A program made the translations under genes and the position numbers. The notes beneath the pieces are model-generated. The model had not been told where the DNA came from, ran no database searches, and was given only the letters and a program-made list of their open reading frames with translations. 64,000 nt of DNA, from assembly GCA_964016885.1 (NCBI GenBank), contig CAXHJY010000786.1:1-64000 (forward strand), read 5' to 3'. The DNA is from Eledone cirrhosa. Lineage: Eukaryota. Of this stretch, positions 25,513 through 40,377 are shown piece by piece. Numbering within the stretch: the first letter of the stretch is position 1; the number at the start of each line of letters is the position of its first letter.

Positions 25513-27351
25513 AATGTGTGTGAGGGAAAATTTCAATCTAAATCCATCTTATGGAGAATCCCCAATCCCCTTTTTGTAACAATCCAATCTAGAGCACATT
25601 TATCACTTCTTAGTTGCACACAAACCACACTTCCACTTATCTTCCCATACTCTGATCATTAAGCTTGTATTTGTAGTCCTTCACTGTTGCCTATTCTCTC
25701 CCACTTAAATGTATGCTGTATGTACAGATGTAGACACCCCTCACATTTACAGTTATCTCCCTTACCTGGCTAGCAGTAGCAACAACATATAGTGTCCTCT
25801 TATTAGGCTATATGGTCTCCAGAACCCCGACATTCTTCAGACGTGACTCGTATGATTTGAGGGAGATTTGGCTTATATTTCTAGCGGATCGATCTGCCGC
25901 GTAAATGAGTCATCTTTTCATTCGATTGTACACCTATGTGTTTTGGTCTCGCACCAAAATTGAGCCTTAATCATGCAGACCTATGATAGGAGTTGACCAG
26001 TCCACCATTTAGAGATAATAAGGTTTACACTGTCACATTTTTCCACACCTTCCTTAAAACCATAGGGTCTGAATTGAGGGAAGTTACTTGGATTTCTTGA
26101 ATATCACACACACATGACACAACACGCACGTACACACACAAACACACACACGCACACACGCACACACGCACACACGCACACACGCACACACGCACACACG
26201 CACACACGCACACACGCACACACCACGACACACACCACGACACACACGCACACACCACGACACACACGCACACACCACGACACACACACACACACATAGA
26301 CACAGAGGAGGAGAAGGAAGGTGGAATGATGGTGATGGTTTATGGTGGTGGTGATGATGATGATGATGATGATGGCGGTGGTGGTGGTGAGGATGATGGT
26401 GATGGTGGTGATGATCACAATGATTGTGAGTATATTGAAGAGGACGATATGAACTTAACACTGATAGTGATCAACATACTCGTATTGATAGTGACAATGA
26501 TAGAGATGGGAACTATGATGAAAATGATGTTGCTCTTTTTGATGATGATGATGATGATGATGATAAGACGGAGGAGGATAATGGTGAAAATACAAAGGAT
26601 TAGGAAGAGTAACATATGACCTTACTTAAGCCGTTTCTGTATTCATTCCAACTACTATAGAAGCAACATGAAACAAACGCTTTTAGAGAGTTGTGAAGCT
26701 GAGATATTTACACATCAAATATACCTACAACCTATTGTCATATATTTTTTATACCATCATCTACAACACCATCCACTTCATCCTCATCCCTCCCCTCTGT
26801 TAAACGTAATCACCATCCTCATTTTTTATTAATATTGTTTGTTTTTGTTGTTGTATGTGTTGTTGTTATTTAGTGTTCCCCTCATTGAAACCATCAAAGC
26901 AAACGAAACATGAACAGTACATATATATATAGTACAATGAAGCGGAACATAATTTTATATTCACTGCGAAATAAATATAATGGTGAGTAAAGTGAGAGAC
27001 GATAACGTGAAGAGAAAATATCTATGGCATATATATAGGAAAGAAGAAAAAATGTCGAAAATGAATAAATGGAAATTGAAAACGAGAAAGAAAGGAAGAA
27101 AGGAATCGATACAGCCAAGGGTATATAGAAATATAGAAATGGAAAGAGAAAAGAAATTGTTGAATACAGAGAGAAAATGTTAACATTATTGTTGATTTTT
27201 GTTAGTGTTGCTGTTAGCATTCTACTTTGTGTAACTTATATTTCTATATTATATTCTACTTACTCGCATTATTTATATCATTACTGTTATGATCGCTTTG
27301 GTCGTAGGGGACATTCGTTAGAGCGTTAGACAAACTTCCTCGCAAGTTACA

Positions 27352-27543
27352 GGGCCATGGATTGGCAATATCGGTAGATAGTAAGACTCCATGCTTTGCA
27401 GCATAGAGTTACGCCCCTTTCTGCTCTGAGTTCAAATACCGCCGAGGTAAACTTTGCCTTTCATCCTTACGGGGTCGATAAAATAAAGTACCAGTAATGT
27501 ACTGAGTATTTGCTGGCCTTGTGCCAAAAGTAGAAACAATTAT
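27352..27543 (+). mobile_element. SINE, short subtype
   Basis: Family match. Confidence 0.88.
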
Positions 27544-29077
27544 GTAGTTACAGCACTTTAGGTTCAGTGTTCAAATAGAACTGGAGTAGATTTGTTCACC
27601 ATCGTGGGCCGATAACATAAAGTACTAAAGTGTCGAGCTTAGAAATAATTGCTCAAGATTTGAGACTTATTTTGATTCGTACTAAAAATGAAATAATTGG
27701 TCAATTATTCTCCACGTTTAGTAATTGCTGAAAAACTCAAAGATGGAACATTTTGTGAGATTTTTCTCTCATTTATATAAACACATAAAATAAAGATTTA
27801 TTTGTGAAACAAAAACATGACATAATCATACAAAAGTATGCATAAATCATAACCATTCCTAAAAGAATTATTTTAAGAATAAATTCTTGATTACATCAAA
27901 TGGCTAAATTATGACATTATTATATCAGAATTATCAAGTATATATCTGTAAGTGCCATTAGATATTTATCAGATTATTAAGTCGCATTTTAAACATTTTG
28001 TTGCAGTTTGCTGACAGTGATTCGCTTTAGGCAGATTAATAAAGCCACAGTTTTATTAATGAAAACAGGAGGGAAGAACATTAAGATGGCAACATATGGT
28101 GTAATTCTTTATGACTTTTTAGCTTCAAGTAATTAGTAAATTACTTAACAAAATTGAAACATTTCTGAAAGTAATAGGAATTAATCGATAATTGATATCT
28201 ATCGAATTAAGTACAATTTAAAATGTCGGAGCACTGGGCCATTGTTTGTTCATCAATGACGTCAATTTCTATACGTGAAACCTACTGTGTTGCAAAGTAA
28301 TAGTTCTTTATATGTTCGGGACAGTAAAATATTAAACGAAACAAAATGTTCAAGACTTATATTCTTATATCATTGACAATAGCTTTCAGGTAGAACTGCA
28401 AGAAACATCATTGAAATTAAAAATATTTTTAGACACCCCTGACAACGTGTGGGAAGGAGTGAAAAATGTTAAGTCAAATTGAGAAAATCAAATAAATTTT
28501 AATATTATGATTCAAAATTATGAATGAAATAAAATAAAAGAGATGAATTTCAAACAGATGAGACATATTTAGGATTGCTATCGATGTTGGTGAACAGTAT
28601 CGCAATAACTACTACTTACTGGATGCATCTAATCCAGAAAGCACGTGGCTAGTTTACGTGAGATTTCATTTCATACCGAAATGACGCATGAAATCCCGGG
28701 CAGAAAATTTCAAACCAAATTAACAATTTTAGTTATATTTTGATAAATTTTGCATGTTATTAAATAATCATCAAATATAAAATTAAAATAAGGTATCTTA
28801 AAATATTTTAATTGTATTCGTCGTCCATGACAGCAAACTGTATGTTCCAACTGGACTTGTTGCTCCTAGCAATGGCTTAGTAATGATATACTCATTGATT
28901 AATTAATGTTACACGGAAATCCCCGTATTAGGTGCTGCGCACAAAAGAATTTTACTGAATTAAAGGATATGTTATTGTTTGAAAATTTCAACTAGAATAA
29001 TTGTATTTTAAAGTAAAATTTGATATTCAGATTAAAGGAAGATAGAAGATTTAATACGACAAAACCGAACTAATCAG

Positions 29078-29292
29078 ATAATTGTTTCTGATGTAGGCAC
29101 AAGGCGAACAATTTTGGTGTAAGGGAAAGTCGATTAAATCGACCGTAGTGTGTTACTGGTTCTTTATTTTATCGACCTCAGGATGATGAAAGGCAAAGCT
29201 ATCCTCGGCGGGATTTGAGCTCAGAACGTAAAAGGATGGAGCTCTATACCATGAAACATGTCCGCCGCTCTACCCATTACTGCCAATCCACC
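29078..29292 (-). mobile_element. SINE, long subtype
   Basis: Family match. Confidence 0.85.
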
Positions 29293-30228
29293 ATACTCGA
29301 TCTAATCAAAATTATGGTTTTGGTTCAATGTTCTCTGTACTCTTTACTATCATTTGTTGGGGTATAGTGAAGATTATTTGTGTTGATTGTGTTGTCATTT
29401 GTGTAACCAGCAAAATATACGTTTCCTGTATAATTTACCACCCATTAGTGTATTTATGCTTGTGTACTAATCCCCAATACTACTACATCCGGCCTAATCT
29501 GTCTTGCACAGTACGGAGGATGTTATGAGAATACAAACATCTAATGGTTCATTTCTTATGGATTCAAAATCATGTACCATATTATGATCGATCCCGACAA
29601 GTTCGTTGATACAGATTGAATTAAAATCGTTTGCAAGTTTAATGCGTACATGAGTATGACGGATTTGTCTTGTATTGACATTCGATATTATTGATTTGTT
29701 TTTACAATTACTTAATTCAACTTTCTTTGATTTGTTATTGCCATCGAACAACCTAAACTCCACAGAGAATTAGAATATGTTGTCATTGATTCCTGGGTGT
29801 CTGATAGTAACATTAATATCATTAATGCTTTAAATGGGAATCACAAACCTACTGTTTAGAAGATGTCTTTTAACTTTTCAGTTGATTATATAAATCTGTT
29901 TGTCGCAATTTTTGACAGAGGGATTTCCCCTGACGAATATGCTTCTGTCAATACAGACAATAGAAAATAGGTTAGACTAGATAATATTGCAAATATTTTA
30001 TGCTTTCTCTCACATTATAACTTCAGATAACTGGCACTAACTGAAGTTCTAATGTAATATTTGAGGTGGTTCTGTAGCCAATAAATACAGGAGAAAATGG
30101 TGAATTGTTAGAGAACCAACGACGAGGTAGAATCATTCATTAACAAAGCCGTAAGAAGTCGGTGCATCTACTGATGCTCTTAGGAAGTGTAGGGACTAGA
30201 GCCCAGATCTCACGAGATGCATCACATT

Positions 30229-30300
30229 CTGACAAACCAGATATTCAAGGAACACCAAAAAAGTGGAAGAGGTGATACGAGAGATGGCTACCAACCACAT
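30229..30300 (+). pseudogene. Possible decayed GIY-YIG endonuclease fragment (Penelope-like)
   Basis: LTNQIFKEHQKSGRGDTRDGYQPH resembles the L..R.KEH.....GD......H segment of PLE endonucleases. Confidence 0.4.
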
Positions 30301-30795
30301 AAGCAACTTCAGTGTCAGTGAGACACATTTAACGGGTCAAGGGTGAATAACCAGCGGAGATAACTTTCCTATATTCTGATGAGGAAACAACCGTCATACT
30401 GGAGGTGTTGTCATCATCTTCAGTGGTAAGGGAACACGAATACTGATCGGCTTGAAACCAGTAACAGATCGGACAAACACAGATAGCTGTAATAGCAGAG
30501 ATGTGAAGGCAAGAACGGTTACAGCCACGACGAAATCTGTAGAAGTGGAATATAAGGGGACACTCTATAACCGCCAGTAGATTGTCCCTGGGTATGATCA
30601 CAGATTGTAGTAAAATTAATTCATAGTGAGATACCCGTATATATATTATACATAAACATAGATACGTTTTCATTCAATTATATATTCCTACTCCCTCCAA
30701 CCATGTTTACCCAAAGCTTCTCCTACAGAAAGCGGAAGATGTCGTTAAACGCTTAAGATGGTGAGCCGTAGCTTTTCTGTACGATCTCATTTAAA

Positions 30796-30836
30796 CCGAG
30801 CTGATGATCCGACTAAGGTGAAACAATTGTTCTCGG
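30796..30836 (+). ncRNA. Minimal type I hammerhead ribozyme
   Basis: ccgag-CTGATGA-tcc gactaa ggt-GAAAC-aatt-GTT-ctcgg: perfect 5-bp stem I, palindromic AATT loop III; short tail then (TA)n at 30864. Confidence 0.85.
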
Positions 30837-30874
30837 AAATGAATTAACTGTTGTGGAACTACTTATATATACAC

Positions 30875-30909
<35 letters not shown>

Positions 30910-31162
30910 TATACGTGTGTGTGTGTTTGAGGTTTTGAGTGTATGTGTGTGTGTGTGTCTATGTATCTGTTCATTTCTATAATCATATACATATATACGC
31001 TGCTGATGTATGTGTGTAGTCGTGCATACACATAAACTCATATATTCAACCGCATTCATAATAGTCTAAGCATCTCCTTCAAAATCCCCATAGAATCACA
31101 TAAGTAGACTTTCGCAAAAACATACAAACACATACAGACTTCAAAATATATAAACGAATCAA

Positions 31163-31223
<61 letters not shown>

Positions 31224-31711
31224 ATATATGCATCTATTTGTCTGTCAATCCCTACATACATCTAAGAATTCGTTCAAATTTACAATCCTTATCTATAGTA
31301 ATTATCTCTCGTTTCTATTTTGTCTCTACGATAATATTTTTTCTGTTTTAGTTTTCTAGTTTATTTAGTATATGTACGTAAGCCTTGAAGCCTTGATGTA
31401 TCTACTTGTAAGGAAACATTTTCCTGATAGAATATTTATAGATGTATATGAACTTGTGTTTGTCTATATTTATGCGTAAAATGACAGTAAATTTGAACGA
31501 AGAATGAGATATTTGTAATGGTCGAGAGATTGAAAGATACACATATGTATCTATTTATGTATAGTTCTGTGTATAAGTGTGTTTTATATCTCTGTTTATA
31601 CATATTTATACATATTTATACACACACTCTCTCTCTCCTTTTTTCTCTCTATAACTCATTTTATTTCTGTCTCTCTCTCTCTCCTTTTTTCTCTCTATAA
31701 CTCATTTTATT

Positions 31712-31840
<129 letters not shown>

Positions 31841-32560
31841 CCAACATTACATATCTATCTATCTATCTATCTATATATATATATATCCTACATTACACAC
31901 ATATATATATATACACATACAAACACACATCACACTCACACACGCACATATATACATGTATAAACTTATGTATATATTTATGTATGTATCAACGTATGTA
32001 TGTATGCATATATGTGCATATGTATGCATATGTGTGTATGTATGCATATATGTGTGTATGTATGCATATATGTGTGTATGTATGTATATATGTGTGTATG
32101 TATGTATGTGTCATTTATATTTAGCATCGAACCAAATGCATTTTGTCTTTTGGTCAGCCTCTTTTCCTTAACATCGTTGGTTCTAATAAAATATTGCTGA
32201 AGGGATTTAATCGACTTTTCTTCACACTAACCAAATTGGTTTTGTTTTGCGTAAATTAGGAGATATTTTTCTGTGAGTTTTGCATCAAGATTGCTGCACA
32301 AAATCAGATGTATGCACTCTATGGTAAAAGAACATTGCTTTCTAGTCAGGAGTACTGAAGCGTATGAACCAGAATGGCTTATAACTATCCCGAACCGCAA
32401 TGTGAATCGTCAGAATAGACTTTTCGGGAGGCCGTTTAGGTTACAGTTGTAGGCAATTTCCCAAATCCCTTGTAAGAGTTATACTACAGGAAGAGAGCAT
32501 TAATAGTTTATTACTATCTATACAAGCACAGATTTTTCTAGAACAAAAAGCTGTAGAAAT

Positions 32561-32625
32561 CTCGTCAGATATGCGAGTTTATATGTGCAAAGACTTTGCA
32601 CATATTAACTCGCATATCTGTCGAG
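32561..32625. repeat. ~32-bp hairpin with a 1-nt apex, adjoining a CTGACGA core on the minus strand
   Basis: ctcgtcagatatgcgagtttatatgtgcaaag-a-ctttgcacatattaactcgcatatctgtcgag. Confidence 0.8.
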
Positions 32626-33521
32626 GAAGAGTGGAGTCTCGTCATCTTGATTGTACCCTGAGCTGATCGATATCGAAACAATTGTAATATGTCAATGAAG
32701 TTTGTACTTCTGCTGCAACACTTCGATTTCTCTCTCTCTCTGTATCTATATATATATATGTATATGTATGTATGTATATGTATGTATAAACCAACAAAAT
32801 AGAAAGAGAGAGGTGTTCGTGCCTTTGCAATACATAGCTGGTGAAGATGTCGGTCGCATGTGAAGTGGCGGTTATTGTGTTAGTTCTCTGCCCCTGATAT
32901 CAGTTACTTCGGTTGAGCAATAATATCTGTCATTTAACACGACAGGGTATTAGTTGGATGTGAGCTACATTTAGTACCATGTTCTGTTAGAATTGTTTAA
33001 TATTAATATGGAGTTCTATTTCATAATTTTGTTTGCTATTCTAATTTAATTGTTAAAACTTAATTTTTAGATTCATGGATTGTACAGTGAATTATTACTG
33101 GTTTTGGGCAATAATTTCTGGATTCTAGTGTTGGAGGCTGTTTATAATTAAAAATATCACAGCATTCTCCTTTAATTTGTTTATTTAAGAGCAAAATTTG
33201 TATTAAATGTTTATTCTAATTTTTTTGCTTTCTTTGCAAATTTCTGTAGTGGTTAGTCAACGTTTTCGTTAATTTTGTTATAATTTCATATATTCAATGA
33301 TGGATTGTGAGCTGATGGAATGAGTGAGTTTTCTATGGTCGTCCACCATCCAGTATGATAGCCTCAATGTTAAGTTGTTGTTTAAATGAGTAGACCTTAC
33401 AACTTTGTCATGTGTGTACCAGGGGGTGAAAGTCTTTGGCTCGTTTAAAGAGTCACATTCGTGCCACACAATTTTGAGCATTTTATCGGGCGATGGCAAT
33501 GCTAGAACACGAGTTTGCAGC

Positions 33522-33915
33522 ATGTATGTACCTATCTATGTATGTACCTATCTATGTATGTACCTATCTATGTATGTACCTATCTATGTATGTACCTATC
33601 TATGTATGTACGTATCTATGTATGTACGTATCTATGTATGTACGTATCTATGTATGTACGTATCTATGTATGTACGTATCTATGTATGTACGTATCTATA
33701 TATGTACGTATCTATATATGTACGTATCTATATATGTACGTATCTATATATGTACGTATCTATATATGTACGTATCTATATATGTACGTATCTATATATG
33801 TACGTATCTATATATGTACGTATCTATATATGTACGTATCTATATATGTACGTATCTATATATGTACGTATCTATATATGTACGTATCTATATATGTATG
33901 TACGTATCTATGCAT
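33522..33915. repeat. 16-bp minisatellite (tatgtacStatctatR)
   Basis: About 24 units with an ordered change of variants. Confidence 0.95.
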
Positions 33916-33929
33916 GTATGAAGATATAG

Positions 33930-33960
<31 letters not shown>

Positions 33961-34699
33961 CGCGTGTAAATCTTACCACCAGCACTATGAAGAAAGTTAT
34001 AATCTCGGCAAGTAGTTAGTTTTAGACAGAATTAGCGGAGTGAGTGAGAGAACGAATCTGTGTTGGTGAGTAAAGTAAGTGATTGACAAAATGTTAGTGC
34101 GAAGTTGAAATATCAGAAAGATAGAGAAGATCTCTCATTCGGTTAATGGAATTGCTTTTGAAAAGAAGCGGAAAACATCCGTTGACTTTGGATGGTTCTC
34201 AATTGTATGCGTTTTATGGAGAGCACAAAAGATCAAAGACTGAATGAAACATTTGAAACTGTGAAACTAGACTAGAAGCGAGTATATAGTTGGCAAGCAG
34301 TTGAAATAATTTAGATACTTGTTATACAGAGATACAGACAGATAGATAGATGGCTGCAGAAATTGGTTGGTCGATACTTATCGTTAAATATGTCTATATT
34401 TCTATAGATATATAAACAAATATACCCACATCTATATACATCTCTCTCTCTCTGCCACTCTCTCTCTCTCGCTCTCTCCGATCCCCCTCCCTCTCTCCCC
34501 CTCTCCCTCCCCCCTCTTTCTCTCTCTCTCTCCTTATATATATATATATACAGAGAGGGAGAGAGAGAGAGTTGCACAACAAATTAGCGAACAATACTCG
34601 AGGACGCGCATTTCACCTAGCGGATTTTCAACCCGTTCCATGTATATACATATATATATTACACGCACATAGCTCTTTTTTGTATTTGTTTTGCACAGT

Positions 34700-34755
<56 letters not shown>

Positions 34756-34977
34756 GTATATACAACGAGAAAAAGAGAGAGAGGTGGGTATATAGAAAGA
34801 CATAGATCTATATGAAACAAACAGATAACAATGGTGTATATAGACGCTTAGTCATACATTTAGATATATTGATATATAGAATGTCAGACTGACAGACAGA
34901 TAGCTGTATAGAGAGAATGGACCGGTTTTTCATTGATTGATTGATTTTCCAGTAGATACTTAATATACAATTACTTC

Positions 34978-35011
<34 letters not shown>

Positions 35012-35383
35012 TAGATATAGAAAGAATGGTGACGTAATTGAAACAGACTTATAGTATTTTATCGATTTGAGGTTCGTCAGTTTAATTGTGTGTATGTCAG
35101 AATACGAAGATGTATTTCTCGAAAAATGATTCTTTTAGTTTTTGGCAACTTTACATGCTTCAACAGTGACATGTTTAATATGTAAAAATGCTGTTAAATA
35201 AAAAACAAAAGATAGCCTGCAGTAGTATTATCAATGCTAATGAGCTAAAGATATTTATAACAGAAAACGGAAACGTCTGTTTCTAATGTTGTATTTTCGG
35301 ACACGTAACTACTGGATTGGAACACATATGGATGAAACCGGGAAGAAATATGAACTATACAGTTCATTCTAGCCATTGGTATT

Positions 35384-35648
35384 ATAATGGTTTCAGAGGC
35401 AGGCGTAGGCCAGCAATTTTTGGGGAAGGGAAAGTCGATTAAATCGAACTCCGTGCATTACTAGTACTTTATTTTATCGACCTCGTAAGGATGAAAGGCA
35501 AAGTTAACCTCGGCATGATTTGGACTCAGAACGTAAAAGGTTTGTAACTTTCTCGCGAAGCATGGTATACGACGCTCTCTACCGAAAGGGACGTAACTTT
35601 GTTGCGAAGCATGATGTCCGACGTTCTATCGTTTCTGCCAATCCACCG
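35384..35648 (-). mobile_element. SINE, long subtype, with an internal head duplication
   Basis: Family match; the gtaacttt..gcgaagcatg..ccgacg segment is repeated. Confidence 0.85.
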
Positions 35649-36767
35649 GTAAGATTATGCTGGTAGTGTAATCTGTGAATTTATGTTTTGTGTTTGTTTC
35701 TTTTATTGAAACCTTCGTTATATTTGAGACAGAGTTGTGACTTTCGAAAGTGACTTGTGGTATCTGGTGCCTCTTTTATCTATGAATAACGGATTTTGAT
35801 AAATGTAGATGTATCATTGTTTCAGTTACATTTGGGTCTTTGAGGACGTTTACCAATGAAGTATCTTACTGTTCATTTTATGCATCCGTTGTATTATTGA
35901 CATCATCAGCTATACAAACTAGATTAGTTTTTCGCCCCAAACTTTAATATGTTGACAGGATGTTGGCTTCTCTGTTAAAAATGTATTTACGAAATATATA
36001 TATATATATATATTCTTTTACCAAAGACAGGAGTACGAAAAATTATTTATTCTTTCTTTCGTCCGAAGAATTGGCCTCCCTGCAATATAAAATAATATAT
36101 ATATTCTTTAACTTTATTAAATGGTTTTCATCGACACGGTTCCCTACATGAATAAAACCTAAGTATGTGTATACTGGGGTTTCAATATATTTTCCTTAGA
36201 ATGCCGATTGTAGATTTAACGTTTTTAGATTATTCACCGATTTCGTTTATACCATTTCTATAGATGATGAATTCTAGTATATATCTCAAAGGAAAGAATT
36301 CTTAGAATCATTTTTAAGGAATAGGTTCTGACAAAAATTTTGACATAGAAGAAAAATATCAAACACAGCACTTGAAGCAACAGAAACAAACAAGCTTTTA
36401 TATTCTTGATACCGTCATGAAAAACTTGTATTAATCTAAGGAGAACCCATACAAGTCAATAGGATACAGGCGATACATTTATGGTAATCCTTTCAAGAAC
36501 TCAGTTCTGTATTGCGAATCCTATGAAATGCGTTAGAAAGCTAAAATGTTATTAAAGTTACTGTTTTCTTTATCAAGAAAAAATATGGCGTCTTCCTTCT
36601 AAAAATGTCGCCGTAAAATAACATTTATTGATATTATAACAAAAAAGTAAATGAGAAGCTACACTAGTTACCGAAGGTGTATGTTTAAGCATTTACTTTT
36701 CTGTATCAATATAAAGATACGTCTGCATATATAATATGTCCTTAAATATTGTGCACAAATATACAAA

Positions 36768-36945
36768 ATAATTGTTTCTACTTTTGGCACAAGGCCAGCA
36801 ATTACTCAGTACATTACTGGTACTTTATTTATCGACTCCGTGAGGTCGAAAGGCAAAGTTAACCTCGGCGGTATTTAAACTCAGACCGTAAAGGGACATA
36901 ACTATTCTGGAAAGCACCGCCAATCCACCGCCAATCCACCGCCCT
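36768..36945 (-). mobile_element. SINE, short subtype
   Basis: Family match. Confidence 0.88.
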
Positions 36946-37454
36946 TATATTAATACATAATAATGTATGCGTTTGTGTTTAGGGTTTGTGTGTGTTCAGA
37001 AACTTCATTTTCATTTAAACAAACCATATAATCATGTAAAATCGATATTTTGTCCAGTTTCATGTCTGTGTAGGTATTAGACTACATACAAATCACTCAT
37101 ATAAATCTCGAGGCAATCAAAATTAGCTCAATAGCTCACAATATCCACAACGTGGTGGATGGAGGGATTACAGTTGTAATCAGATAATTAGCTAGTAATT
37201 TATGTTTTCTAACCCAATGTGCAAAGCAGTTGGACTGAACACACAACCACGTGGTTTCGACGTGAATATTTTAATTACGCGGCCATGCTTGCTCTTAGAA
37301 GTTATCTGTTTCATATTATTTCATATTTTTTAATATATATTTTTAATAAACTACATCACTATCCAGATTAAATGTGTTCGATATTTCTGGAATAGATCAT
37401 ATAGGGATATAGTGCTGTGCAGCGTATACTTAACAAACCTATTATATATATATG

Positions 37455-37507
<53 letters not shown>

Positions 37508-37514
37508 GTATATA

Positions 37515-37557
<43 letters not shown>

Positions 37558-37737
37558 ATATATATATGTATATATCACTATATTTGTTTCTAAATTCAAA
37601 CACCATTGTAACCAGATTTCCCTTGAAGATCAATGGAGCGGATACAAATAGTACAGTTCACTTCATTGGATCAATATCTTTATTGTTGCCAATGTGTGCG
37701 TATCAGTATAAGCGTATATTTATGTGTGAAGGTATAT

Positions 37738-37775
<38 letters not shown>

Positions 37776-38419
37776 TAGCGTATATTTACGTGTGGAAGCA
37801 TATATGTGTGTGTGTGTGTGTCAGTATAGCGTATATTTATGTGTGCGTGTATGTGTGTGTGAATGTATACTGACAGATTTTCCTATCAGCTTGTCTTGGT
37901 TAATGAGTGTTCTGTGCATGTAACGTCATGCTGGCAAGTGTACGATGTAATTACTCTATAATCACCCATTTTTATACAACGGCAAGGGTTTATTTTGAGG
38001 ATTATATCCCTGTTTCTTCTAGAACATCCGACTACCACATAGATACATTCTCTAGATTCAAGTAAGTATTATATTGCGTGCGGTAGCCTGCTGTGTGTAG
38101 TATTCAAGTCTGTTTACATGTTGCATTGGTCACGTGGAATATCACGAGAGCAGAATGACGAGAGTTCCGGTAGTACGGCTGCCACGATAGTGTACAATAC
38201 GGTGTAATATTTTATATCTATATCAAGATTTTTTGATTGCAATTAAGAGGACATTCTCTTTATCTGCATGGGGCATCATTCGAAAGTTGCTGACACCGAC
38301 ACCATGGATACTAGAACTGTATGGCAACTATTCAAACTACAGTCCTTACATACTTTCCTTTCAGAATAATCTGATATATGTATCGAAATTAATTCTAATC
38401 TTCTCACTCATCCCACCTT

Positions 38420-40135
38420 CCCCACTCTCCACTCCACACTCTCCACTCCACACTCTCCACTCCACACACTCCACTCCACACTCTCCACTCCACACACTCC
38501 ACTCCACACTCTCCCCTCCACACACTCCACTCCACACTCTCCACTCCACACTCACCACACACACTCTCCACTCCACACTCTCCCTCCACACACTCCACTC
38601 CACACTCTCCACTCCACACTCTCCACTCCACACTCTCCACTCCACACTCTCCCCTCCACACACTCCCCTCACACACTCCACTCCACACTCTCCACTCCAC
38701 ACTCTCCACTCCACACTCTCCACTCCACACTCTCCCCTCCACACTCTCCACTCCACACTCTCCACTCCACACTCTCCCCTCCACACACTCCCCTCCACAC
38801 ACTCCACTCCACACTCTCCACTCCACACTCTCCACTCCACACTCTCCACTCCACACTCTCCACTCCACACTCTCCACTCCACACACTCCACTCCACACTC
38901 TCCACTCCACACTCTCCACTCCACACTCTCCACTCCACACTCTCCACTCCACACTCTCCCCTCCACACACTCCACTCCACACTCTCCCCTCCACACTCTC
39001 CACTCCACACTCTCCACTCCACACTCTCCCCTCCACACACTCCCCTCCACACACTCCACTCCACACTCTCCCTCCACACACTCCACTCCACACTCTCCAC
39101 TCCACACTCTCCACTCCACACTCTCCACTCCACACTCTCCACTCCACACTCTCCACTCCACACTCTCCCCTCCACACTCTCCACTCCACACTCTCCCCTC
39201 CACACTCTCCACTCCACACTCTCCACTCCACACTCTCCCCTCCACACACTCCACTCCACACTCTCCACTCCACACTCTCCACTCCACACTCTCCACTCCA
39301 CACTCTCCACTCCACACTCTCCACTCCACACTCTCCACTCCACACTCTCCACTCCACACACTCCACTCCACACTCTCCACTCCACACTCTCCACTCCACA
39401 CTCTCCACTCACACTCTCCACTCCACACTCTCCACTCCACACTCTCCACTCCACACTCTCCACTCCACACTCTCCCCTCCACACACTCCACTCCACACTC
39501 TCCACTCCACACTCTCCCCTCCACACTCTCCACTCCACACTCTCCCCTCCACACTCTCCACTCCACACTCTCCACTCCACACTCTCCCCTCCACAACTCC
39601 CCTCCACACACTCCACTCCACACTCTCCCCTCCACACACTCCACTCCACACTCTCCACTCCACACTCTCCACTCCACACTCTCCACTCCACACTCTCCAC
39701 TCCACACTCTCCCCTCCACACACTCCACTCCACACTCTCCCCTCCACACACTCCCTCCACACACTCCACTCCACACTCTCCACTCCACACTCTCCACTCC
39801 ACACCCTACACTCTCCACACCCTACACTCTCCACTCCACACTCTCCACTCCACACTCTCCACTCCACACTCTCCCCTCCACACTCTCCACTCCACACTCT
39901 CCCTCCACACTCTCCACTCCACACTCTCCCCTCCACACTCTCCATTCCACACCCTACACTCTCCATTCCCCTCTCTCCACTCCCCTCTCTCCACTCCCCT
40001 CTCTCCACTCCCCTCTCTCCATTCCCCTCTCTCCACTCCCCTCTCTCCACTCCCCTCTCTCCACTCCCCTCTCTCCACTCCCTCTCTCCACTCCCCTCTC
40101 TCCACTCCCCTCTCTCCACTCCCCTCACTCTCACA
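38420..40135. repeat. 1.7-kb 16-bp minisatellite (ctccactccacactct), C-rich strand on +
   Basis: About 100 units; explains the 657/485-aa low-complexity ORFs. Confidence 0.95.
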
Positions 40136-40174
40136 CTCTCTGTATTTCCGTCTCTCCCTTTCATCTTCTCTGTA

Positions 40175-40340
40175 TACGAAGGTTGGCTGAGAAGTTCCTA
40201 GGCTGACTATGAAGGAGTGAGGCTAGGATCTTGCAAGGGTTAAAGCCAACCCCTTCTCTGAATTGATATCTGCATTGTTTCGTTCCATTTGGTCATTCCT
40301 AGAGGGTATCTTGGTCAACTTATGAACATTTCAACCGACC

Positions 40341-40346
<6 letters not shown>
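40175..40346. mobile_element. Tc1/mariner-type MITE
   Basis: Imperfect TIRs TA-cgaaggttggctgagaagttccta / tatgaacatttcaaccgaccctca-TA. Confidence 0.7.
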
Positions 40347-40375
<29 letters not shown>

Positions 40376-40377
40376 AT

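Noticed and set aside
29494-29763. 89-aa non-repetitive ORF
   Set aside because: No recognisable domain or splice context; cannot be supported without a search
38233-40206. 657-aa and overlapping 250-485-aa ORFs
   Set aside because: Translation of a 16-bp minisatellite; open in several frames on both strands
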